Shown: positions 1 through 8,095 of the stretch, piece after piece
Layout of the letters: each line of letters opens with the position of its first letter
How positions within the stretch are numbered: position 1 is the stretch's first letter
From: an uncultured Clostridium sp.
GTDB taxonomy: Bacteria; Bacillota; Clostridia; Oscillospirales; CAG-272
Direction: 5' to 3'
DNA length: 26,485 nt
Assembly (NCBI GenBank): GCA_964594085.1
Contig: CAZQLJ010000001.1
Location: forward strand, 1-26,485
Notes under the pieces: generated by a model
What the model was told of the DNA's origin: nothing
Seen by the model: only the letters and a program-made list of their open reading frames with translations
Databases searched by the model: none
Made by a program: the position numbers and the translations under genes

Positions 1-185
1 TTTAGAAATAGTATAGAAAACTTTATTAAAACATCTACAAAAACAGGTTTATCACCACGCCCTGCTGCCTTCATATAACCTTGGACGAAGCCGAGATCTC
101 CCTCCCGATCGCCGACGCGATAACGTCAGATGAGCTTGTCGATGTAATAAACCGCCAAATCTCAATATACAAAGAAAAGAAGTAA
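1..185 (+). CDS. 3' end of an unknown gene, truncated by the window edge and apparently frameshifted near 28-31
   Basis: Frame 3 is open from 30 to TAA at 183-185 and reads protein-like (NIYKNRF...LDEAEISLPIADAITSDELVDVINRQISIYKEKK*). A terminator follows. Frame 3 has stops upstream, while frame 1 is open from 1 to 75. Confidence 0.35.
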
Positions 186-220
186 TCCCAAGATCTCCTT
201 AAAGCGATATAAGCATCACA

Positions 221-258
221 AAAAATCTCCCGCGAGGTTAGCCTCGTGGGAGATTTTT
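221..258. terminator. Bidirectional intrinsic terminator
   Basis: AAAAATCTCCCGCGAGG-TTAG-CCTCGTGGGAGATTTTT, a 17-bp inverted repeat including the A/T tracts, lying between convergent genes. Confidence 0.8.
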
Positions 259-261
259 ATT

Positions 262-294
262 AAAGCAAAAGGGCGGTTGCAAAAGCAACCGCCC
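262..294 (-). terminator. Intrinsic terminator of the ABC operon
   Basis: Perfect 10-bp stem GGGCGGTTGC-AAAA-GCAACCGCCC (271-294), followed on the minus strand by TTTTGCTTT, 12 nt after the stop at 307. Confidence 0.8.
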
Positions 295-306
295 AAAGCT
301 TTTTGA

Positions 307-1404
307 TTATTCCGCCGTTAAACCGGAACGTTCAATACCTTCAACAAGATATCTCTGCAAGAAGATGTACATAATAACAAGCGGAAGAATGATCATAATA
401 CCGCAAGTATTAAGGAACGCCGACTGATAGAGATTCTGTCCTGCGTATTCAAACTCCAGAGACGATCTCGAGATAGCGGTTTCCGTCAGCTGCGCAAGCA
501 TAAGCGGAGCCTTGTTGGAGTTGATGAAGAACAGACCCGTATAGAAGCTGTCCGTCCACTGCCAACAGAAAGCAAAGAGGAACACCGTGATCATCATAGG
601 TATGGAGATCGGGATAATGATCTGCATAAAGGTTCTGAAGTCGTTCGAGCCGTCGATATACGCGGATTCCTCAAGGGAGTCAGGGATGCCGCGGAAGAAC
701 TGTCTGAGCATGAATATGTACAGACCGTTCTTGAATGCCAGACCCGTGACCGAAAGGATCACAAGAGGAATGATCGTGTTGTTGAGGTTCAAGCCTTCGG
801 GCAGATTCAACAACTTGATAGACGCCAATACGTTATCGATCGCTTCGATACCGACCGAAGCACCTCCACTAAGGAAGGAGAGAATGCCACCGATATCAAA
901 ATAAGTAAACTTAAGCGAGATCGATGCCTGCAGGGTTCTGTGAGGAATAAGCATCGTAAGAACTACGAGCAGGAAGATAAATCCGTTTCCTTTGAACTTG
1001 TACTTTGCAAGACCGTAGGAGATCAAGCAGCAGGTAAAGGTCTGAAGGAGTGCCAACAGAAGCGAGTAAAGCAACGTGTTGGAGAATGCCTTCATATAGT
1101 TTAGGTCTACCCAGACCGACTTGTACATATCAAGCGTCCAGTTTTTAGGAATAAGACGAACCGTAGTATCAACGAAGTCCTCGGGAGCCATAAACGAGCC
1201 CGTGATCTTCGTAAAGAAGGGATAAAGAACGATATATGCGATTCCGAGAAGGAAGACAAATCTGAACAATTTGATCACGACTGTCTGGATGAAGTACATG
1301 TTAAGGAACTTCGCCTTCAGTCTTTCCTTAAGAGGAGTACGTTCAAATTCAGCTCTGATCTTATTTTTTGTTTCTTTTTTAATCTTTACAGTAGAATTAT
1401 CCAT
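307..1404 (-). CDS. Carbohydrate ABC transporter permease (MalG/UgpE-like)
   Basis: Multiple TM segments, EAA loop FFRGIPDSLEESAYIDGS, C-terminal QRYLVEGIERSG, and an AGGAGG RBS upstream. Confidence 0.93.
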   Translation of the reverse strand: MDNSTVKIKKETKNKIRAEFERTPLKERLKAKFLNMYFIQTVVIKLFRFVFLLGIAYIVLYPFFTKITGSFMAPEDFVDTTVRLIPKNWTLDMYKSVWVDLNYMKAFSNTLLYSLLLALLQTFTCCLISYGLAKYKFKGNGFIFLLVVLTMLIPHRTLQASISLKFTYFDIGGILSFLSGGASVGIEAIDNVLASIKLLNLPEGLNLNNTIIPLVILSVTGLAFKNGLYIFMLRQFFRGIPDSLEESAYIDGSNDFRTFMQIIIPISIPMMITVFLFAFCWQWTDSFYTGLFFINSNKAPLMLAQLTETAISRSSLEFEYAGQNLYQSAFLNTCGIMIILPLVIMYIFLQRYLVEGIERSGLTAE

Positions 1405-1420
1405 TGTAGCTCCTCCTTTC

Positions 1421-2395
1421 TTAATCCTTTCTCTGATAGAATACGAACATCGACATAACTCCCGCGACTATCAACAGGATCAGTATAACGATAAGGAAGT
1501 ATATCCACGACATCGCGGTACTTACTTCGTCGCCGACCTTGTTGGTGATCGAGGTGATATAAGACATAACGGTGTTCGATTCAGTGGTAAACGAGTCGAT
1601 TATGGTATAGACCGCGTTAACCAAGATCATAGGGGAAATCATCGGGAAGGTTACCTTCCAGAAGGTCTCCCAACCGGTCGCACCGTCGATCTTACAAGCC
1701 TCGTAGATCGCAGGCGAGATCGACTGCAGACCCGCAAGGAATATAAGCATCTGAACGCCCGAACGGTTAACGATGCCGTATATCTGGTTAACAATACCAA
1801 CAACGTATTTTACAAGCTCGGTTCCGACCTTCATCGAGGCGAACAAGGTCTCGATATCCATTGCGGAAACGATGCTGTCAGCCGCACTTGATCCCGAACC
1901 GTCGTCTATACCTGAGGTTTCGCCCATGTAAGCGCCGAGAATGTTCTGAGACTCGATAGTCTCCATAATACCTGTTGCAAGAACAACGGGGAGGAAGAAG
2001 ATCGCACGGAAAGCTGCACGTCCCATCATCTTCTGGTTCAGAAGAATAGCCATAAAGAGCGAGAAGAGCAGGATCGCGGGGACCTCAAGAATGAGGCTTC
2101 CTATACCGGTGAGCAGCGTCTGGATATACGTGGTTCCGTATGTTCCAAACAACGCCTCGCCGTAGTTCTTGAATCCAACGAACTCAAGAGTATAACCACC
2201 GTTCTTAACGATAGTCATTTCGTTGAGAGAGAGCCATATTGAGTCTGTCAATATGGGAAGGTAGACCAAGAGGAAACCTATAATGAAGGGCAGTACGAAT
2301 ATCCAACCCACACGAGCTTTTCTCTTGTCCAAGGAAGCGATCTTTCTCTTTTTGGGAGCCTTCGCTTTTGTTTCAAGCTTAATTTCGTTAGTCAT
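1421..2395 (-). CDS. Carbohydrate ABC transporter permease (MalF/UgpA-like)
   Basis: FRAIFFLP motif, EAA loop LAGLQSISPAIYEACKIDGA, TM segments, and an AGGAGG RBS. Confidence 0.93.
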   Translation of the reverse strand: MTNEIKLETKAKAPKKRKIASLDKRKARVGWIFVLPFIIGFLLVYLPILTDSIWLSLNEMTIVKNGGYTLEFVGFKNYGEALFGTYGTTYIQTLLTGIGSLILEVPAILLFSLFMAILLNQKMMGRAAFRAIFFLPVVLATGIMETIESQNILGAYMGETSGIDDGSGSSAADSIVSAMDIETLFASMKVGTELVKYVVGIVNQIYGIVNRSGVQMLIFLAGLQSISPAIYEACKIDGATGWETFWKVTFPMISPMILVNAVYTIIDSFTTESNTVMSYITSITNKVGDEVSTAMSWIYFLIVILILLIVAGVMSMFVFYQRKD

Positions 2396-2410
2396 AAATT
2401 TCCTCCTTTC

Positions 2411-5400
2411 TTAGTCTGTGATCTCAACGAACTCATAAGCGGGAATGGTATATTCGATACCGTCGTATTCTACGCTTACGTAGTAGTCGTTGTAGTTGAG
2501 AATAATAGTCTTGTAAACCGATCCATCGTCGTTACCGTAAGTAACAGCTACGATGTTCTCGGTGATATACTTGGAAGTGCTTTCGAGGTCGGTATCATCG
2601 TCATCGGTGTCGTCGCCGGTTTGATCGTCGCGATCGAGTCTGTTTTCAACCTGAGCCTTGAATGCGGTGTCTCCTGCGGCAGCGGTAACTCCGTAGGAAG
2701 CATCAAACGCTGTCTTAACGTCAGCCACGATGCTGTTGCAGAGCTCTGCAATAGACATCTTATACTCATAACGGGTGTAAGTGCCATCCGCGTTTACGGA
2801 ATAGTAAACGTCTCCGTCAACGTAGATCTTGGTTCCGTCCTCAAGCGTTGCAACCTCAACTCCGTCATAGACGGTAGGCTCTGCAAGCTCGTAAACGCCC
2901 GAGCCGTAGTAGCTGTTTTCAACAACGTACTGATAATACTGATGTCCGTTTGCTTCTTCAGCGATGAAATAGAAGATCTTCTTGTTATTTTCAGTGTACA
3001 TACGAACGGGAGATCCGTTATAAGAGCCTCCACCGAGCTGACCAAGATGGTAGATCGAGCACTCATACTCGCCTGTAGCCTCGTCAACGGTAACGGTGTA
3101 GTAAGAATAACCGGTCTCGAGATTTCCGTAATAGTAATACCTATCACCCGAAGCGGTTCTTCCAGGATAAAGCGGGTGACCGTTCACCTCGTATGCGCTG
3201 AGTCGACCCTCGGTGATCTCCTCGTAAGAGCTTACGTAGAGATAATCGTAAACTGCGCGAGCTCTGTCGATAGCCTGAAGCACGATCAAGGAGTCTATCT
3301 CGTCGTAGTTGGAAACGGCGTAGGGGTTATTTTCTGCGGAATATTCAACGGTAACGTTTTCAATTCCTGCGAGCAGATCGATCGCCTTCATAGCAACAGC
3401 GAAATGCTCTTCTGCAGTCTCGAGCAGTTCTTTGAGAGTTCTGACAGCAGATCCCTGTACCTTTTCAAGTGCCTTGATAGCATTGGTTCTGGTAGAAGAA
3501 ACCTGAGTAGATACGGTGTTGTAGATGTCCTTACTCCACTCGGGAGCATTGTCCTTATATCCAAGCTCCTCGACAGCACCAAGCTTTGCAAGAGCGTCGA
3601 TATAGTTGTCGACCTGACCCTTTACACTTCCTGCCGCAATCGCAGTGATCTCTGCATCTACCTTATCCTTGGCAGAAGCCTTGCCTGCATATTCGCCGAA
3701 CCAAGCATTGACCTTGGTGAACCAAGCCTTAGCACACTCAGCGTATTCGCCCGTAGCGTCTGCATAGGTGGTAGAAGCGTGATCGTCCTTTGCAAGATTC
3801 TTATATACCGAGTAGTATTCGCGAGTCGCGTTATACTCGTCATATATTGCCATATATTCAGCAAAATCAACGTTAAATCCGGACTTTGCTACCTGAGCAA
3901 GAGCCTCGGAAGCAGCAGAGGCAGTAAGATATGCAGCCGCACTGTTGGAAAGGAGAGAGGTTGCAAGATCAACCTTGACCATAGCCGCCTCAACGGTTGC
4001 CTGAACTTCCTTGAGGTTTGCCTCGGCCTTGTCAAGAGCAGCCTTTGCTTTAACAGTGGAATCAGCATCTGCGCCGTCAGCCTCAAGTGCCTTGTTGTAT
4101 GCATCAAGAGCCTTGACGTACTTGGAATAGTAGTTGTTGTAGCTACTAAGTGCCGAGTTGAAGGCAGAGTGAGCGCCGGAAATAGCAACTCTACCATAAG
4201 AGGTAAGTACATTTTCAGCAATATCTCCGTCAAGTTCACTTGCAATCTCGTTAGCACAAAGAGTGATAGCAGAACCAAGCTGATCCTTGGCAGTAACGGT
4301 GCTCATGAAGAGTGCCTTAAGCTCTTCAAGAGAAAGTGCATCGACCTCTTCGTCGTTGTATGCATCTCCAAGAACTTCGTCAATAACAGACTTCATCTGC
4401 TTTTCGCTGAGCACCTCAACACAGATCTTGTTGAGCGTAGCAACGTCAAACTTATCGGTGAAGTAAGCGGAGAGCGTAGCAGAAAGTGCACTCTTGTCTT
4501 CCTTAAGGTGACCGTCATAGATGTGAGCCGCCAGATCGGTTGCGAGAGCCTTAGCCTCATCATCGGTCACGTACTGTGCGAGAACAAGCGTAACTATACC
4601 CTCAAGATAGCTCTTATAAGCTGTCATAAAGGTAGCATTAAAGGTTTCATCTGCGAGGACTGCATTGTAAGCTGCGATCATCGCCAGAATAGCCTCATAA
4701 GCACCGCTTACGTCGTCGTAAGAACGATGGAAATTAACTATCGCCTCAACAACGTAACGGGTGTAAGTAGCCTCGTCGCTCTTCGAGCCGTGAGCCTCAA
4801 CTGCAGTGTAATAGTCAACGTAAGCTTCCTTGATATCCTCATAGTAGCTGTCGGTTACGTCGAGACTTACTGCAGCGTCGATCAAGCCCTTAACGCTTGT
4901 GTAGTTAGAGAGAGCCGCAACGATAGCCTCAGCGGCATACGCCTCTGCTTCTCTTCCCGCCTCACGAGCCTCACTTGCGATGAGAGTCGCTTCCTTCTGA
5001 AGAATGGAAACGATATTTTCCTGAGTCATAAGTGCCTCAAGGTACTCTGCCAGGATATCAGCCTCAAGCTCATCAGCGTCGGGAACACGAATGCCGGTAA
5101 GGAATTCATGATTTGTGATGTACTTATTCTGAACGTCTGCAAGCACACCGTTAAGAGTGTTGTAAACGTTAACGATATCATCCTTCCAGATGTCGTATCT
5201 TACCGAATAATACTTGCTCAGATAGGGGTATTCCTTAAGAGTCTGAGTGTTCTGGTAAGAAAGGATGAAGTAAGGCGAAGCGCCGTTTTCAATAGCCTTC
5301 AAAATAGCGTACTGAATATCGCCTTCCATGTTCAGAGCCTCACCGGTGAAGCTTACGGAACCGTGAAGAACTACACCGAGGAAAGGAACGGAATAGGAAG

Positions 5401-8074
5401 CGAAGCTGTAACGGGAGGAGTCAAGCGACATGCCAAGCATGTGGTCAACGTACTTCCAAACGTAAGCGTTAGCCTTGTCGGTCATAACCTGACCGTAGGT
5501 CTGGTCGAGATATGCAAACGCTTGGGTGGTAAACGCCTTGGAGTCCTCGCGGTTGTAAGGCTCATCCTCGTCAAAGTCGGAGTTGAGCGCAGAACCGAGC
5601 GTGGATACCGAAATACCTTGAACGTTCTTATACTCGTCTGCGTAATTCTTGGTTATCTTCTTGTAGATAACGTCAAAGTATGCGGGAGAAATAACGAGAT
5701 CGTAGTAGTTGACGTACTTCTGCTGTGTAGCACTGTACTCTCTTCTTGCAGCGTATCTGTCGTCGATGGTCTTTGCAGCATGATCGAACTTGGAGTAACC
5801 GTTAAAGAGATCGTCTGCGATCTGGTAAGCAATATCGAAGTCGGGATAAATACCCATATTGCTGTTTTCGTTCTTATTTACATCGTTAGCGTAGTCGAGA
5901 AGCTCCTGGAAGCCCTTCTTACCGCCAACAGCCTTTTCAAACTTGACCTTGGTAGGAACGACGTAGAACATACCGTCCTTGGTGTAACCGGTAAGCTTGA
6001 AGTTGATGTTCTTGATTCCCTGCTTAGACAACTCCTCATACATCGTTTCGATATTGTCGAACGAGGTAAGCGCTGTCATTACGTTAACGGGAATAGAAAG
6101 GATCTTTTCGGTGGTTTCAACAGCACCGAAAGTCTCAATGTAAAGAGGAATACTGTCAAGAACCTCGTCATCGGTGAGTTTCGAGATAACACCAAGCTCG
6201 GTAAGGTAATCACGGTAAGCAACCGCCATTCCGAACCAAGAAGCATCGTAGGTGTCCTCGGCAACGTCCTTGTCGAGAGACTCGGTGTCAGAAAGGAGAA
6301 TGTACTTGATAGAGTAAGAGCCTGTGTACTTTCTGTCACTGACAACGGTCCATTCAGAGTCGGAACCGACAGAGATAGAATCCTGAAGGTTGTAAGAGTC
6401 CTTAGGTCTGGGCGTAACCGACATCATAACGGTGTTGTACGCGCTAAGAGGACCTGCGTGATAGGTGGTAAGAGAGGTAAGAGCATCTCCCTGCTCGATA
6501 ATAGCAAGGAATCCCTGCTTCTTCTCGTATACTTCTTCAACGGCATCGGGATAATTTACAACGCTCATATATTTAGCAGCAATATTAGCTTCTTTACCCT
6601 TGGTGGATACCGTGGTTTCACCCTTTTCGTGCGCTCTGACACCGTCAACAAGGATTCCCGCGAGAGTAGCCTCAGCGGTGATCTCGTCTGTATCGGGGTC
6701 GGTTACGTAGTAATGATAATATTCGGTTTTTTCAACGATACCGAATACGGGATAGGAAATAGTCTCCTGATAAGCACCGCTTATCTTGTGGTAAGCGTAG
6801 TCGGTGCCGTAGACCTTACCCGTAACGGTCTGGGTGATACTATAATCCATATCGTCGTACTCAAAGAGTGCGCCCGAGCCGTCGGGATAGAAGTTGTAAC
6901 CCGAATAAGCGTTGTTACCCGCACCCATATAAGGAAGGATCTTGATCGATTCAAGGGTGTAAAGCGACTCGTTGAAACGCACGCCGTTTGCGGGAAGTCT
7001 TACGGAAAGACCGTCCTCACCAATGGTGTACTCAAGCGCCATTCTGAATACGGGGGGATTTTCGTCCTGAGATACGTAGTCGGTGATCGAGTGGTCATAC
7101 TCGAGCTCCTCGTAAGTATACTCGGGGCAGTACATAAGGATTATCTCCTCACAGGTTGCGATCTCGGCTTCACTCGCGTTGGGCTTGAACACAAGGAATT
7201 CCATAGAATCTATGATCTTATAGTCTTCTCTGATCGCAAGATAAGTGTTTGCAGATGAGCTGTACAGATCGTCGTAGATACCACCGAGCGCGTCGCTGAG
7301 CTTCTTATATTCATCATTCGACATACCGTAGGCATCTTTAAGCGATTCCTTGGCGTAAAGAATGTAGTATGTCAGGAACTTCTGAACCTTTGTAACGTCA
7401 GTTCTGATGGTATTGATGTTGTAAAGCTCATCGCCGAATTCCTCGTAAAGAGGAGTCCAGATCATTTCCATAAATCTCTCGTAGGAAATGAGACGGGGAA
7501 CGAGAGTTTTAGCCTGCTCACGACCGATAGTATACTCGACGCGGATACCGTTCTTGATATACTCAACTGCGAGCTGCTCACGGAGAACAGCCTGTTCGTA
7601 GCTGGTAAAGGTCTTTGTCTGACCCATAGTATCAGTAAATTCAACTATGAGCTGAGAAAGGATCTCGTACTTTGTGGAATCACTACCGGTGGAAGCACCA
7701 ACGTCATAGGGGTTGGTAAAGAGCTTATCTCCGGTAATAGTGTTAACGAATGCTACCTCACCGGAGGCATCGTCAACGTAGAGCTGATAGCCGTTTCTTT
7801 CGAGGGCAAGTCTCATCGTTGCGATCTTCTCATCGGGAGTTGCGTAAAGCTGATTGACATAGTCGGTAGATTCGGGGACGACTACCGCATCACCGCCCTC
7901 AGCGGTCGTGCCCGCGGTTGTGGTGGTTTCTTCGGTATTACCCGAGTCGGTGGAGCCCGTAGTAGTTTCTTCGCTATCGTCCGCGAAGACCTGAACGGTA
8001 AACATCACCGAGATTGCGCTTATCAGCATAAACACAGCCAGGAGCATCGATATTATTTTATTGAATTTTTTCAT
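2411..8074 (-). CDS. Exported DUF5696-like protein (putative TIM-barrel core) with a very large helical insertion, 1887 aa
   Basis: N-terminal signal/anchor. Motifs recalled from this family: LPYMGA, FYPDGSGAL, YPVFG, GFLAIIEQGD, MAVAYRDYL, LTSFD, GGKKGFQEL, LNSDF, NAYVW, VPFLGVVLHG, LKAIENGASP, NHEFL and C-terminal VTY..LNY..TIPAY. It sits downstream of an NHL/Yip1 gene. Confidence 0.8.
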   Translation of the reverse strand: MKKFNKIISMLLAVFMLISAISVMFTVQVFADDSEETTTGSTDSGNTEETTTTAGTTAEGGDAVVVPESTDYVNQLYATPDEKIATMRLALERNGYQLYVDDASGEVAFVNTITGDKLFTNPYDVGASTGSDSTKYEILSQLIVEFTDTMGQTKTFTSYEQAVLREQLAVEYIKNGIRVEYTIGREQAKTLVPRLISYERFMEMIWTPLYEEFGDELYNINTIRTDVTKVQKFLTYYILYAKESLKDAYGMSNDEYKKLSDALGGIYDDLYSSSANTYLAIREDYKIIDSMEFLVFKPNASEAEIATCEEIILMYCPEYTYEELEYDHSITDYVSQDENPPVFRMALEYTIGEDGLSVRLPANGVRFNESLYTLESIKILPYMGAGNNAYSGYNFYPDGSGALFEYDDMDYSITQTVTGKVYGTDYAYHKISGAYQETISYPVFGIVEKTEYYHYYVTDPDTDEITAEATLAGILVDGVRAHEKGETTVSTKGKEANIAAKYMSVVNYPDAVEEVYEKKQGFLAIIEQGDALTSLTTYHAGPLSAYNTVMMSVTPRPKDSYNLQDSISVGSDSEWTVVSDRKYTGSYSIKYILLSDTESLDKDVAEDTYDASWFGMAVAYRDYLTELGVISKLTDDEVLDSIPLYIETFGAVETTEKILSIPVNVMTALTSFDNIETMYEELSKQGIKNINFKLTGYTKDGMFYVVPTKVKFEKAVGGKKGFQELLDYANDVNKNENSNMGIYPDFDIAYQIADDLFNGYSKFDHAAKTIDDRYAARREYSATQQKYVNYYDLVISPAYFDVIYKKITKNYADEYKNVQGISVSTLGSALNSDFDEDEPYNREDSKAFTTQAFAYLDQTYGQVMTDKANAYVWKYVDHMLGMSLDSSRYSFASYSVPFLGVVLHGSVSFTGEALNMEGDIQYAILKAIENGASPYFILSYQNTQTLKEYPYLSKYYSVRYDIWKDDIVNVYNTLNGVLADVQNKYITNHEFLTGIRVPDADELEADILAEYLEALMTQENIVSILQKEATLIASEAREAGREAEAYAAEAIVAALSNYTSVKGLIDAAVSLDVTDSYYEDIKEAYVDYYTAVEAHGSKSDEATYTRYVVEAIVNFHRSYDDVSGAYEAILAMIAAYNAVLADETFNATFMTAYKSYLEGIVTLVLAQYVTDDEAKALATDLAAHIYDGHLKEDKSALSATLSAYFTDKFDVATLNKICVEVLSEKQMKSVIDEVLGDAYNDEEVDALSLEELKALFMSTVTAKDQLGSAITLCANEIASELDGDIAENVLTSYGRVAISGAHSAFNSALSSYNNYYSKYVKALDAYNKALEADGADADSTVKAKAALDKAEANLKEVQATVEAAMVKVDLATSLLSNSAAAYLTASAASEALAQVAKSGFNVDFAEYMAIYDEYNATREYYSVYKNLAKDDHASTTYADATGEYAECAKAWFTKVNAWFGEYAGKASAKDKVDAEITAIAAGSVKGQVDNYIDALAKLGAVEELGYKDNAPEWSKDIYNTVSTQVSSTRTNAIKALEKVQGSAVRTLKELLETAEEHFAVAMKAIDLLAGIENVTVEYSAENNPYAVSNYDEIDSLIVLQAIDRARAVYDYLYVSSYEEITEGRLSAYEVNGHPLYPGRTASGDRYYYYGNLETGYSYYTVTVDEATGEYECSIYHLGQLGGGSYNGSPVRMYTENNKKIFYFIAEEANGHQYYQYVVENSYYGSGVYELAEPTVYDGVEVATLEDGTKIYVDGDVYYSVNADGTYTRYEYKMSIAELCNSIVADVKTAFDASYGVTAAAGDTAFKAQVENRLDRDDQTGDDTDDDDTDLESTSKYITENIVAVTYGNDDGSVYKTIILNYNDYYVSVEYDGIEYTIPAYEFVEITD

Positions 8075-8095
8075 TTTATCACTCTCCTGTCTTGA

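Noticed and set aside
2621..7258. 1545-aa + strand ORF, and similar antisense ORFs at 1271-1891, 9452-10270, 10444-11130, 12686-14254 and 14528-15367
   Set aside because: They are shadows of the minus-strand genes caused by codon bias. They show Val/Ser/Leu/Cys-rich composition and no recognisable motifs.
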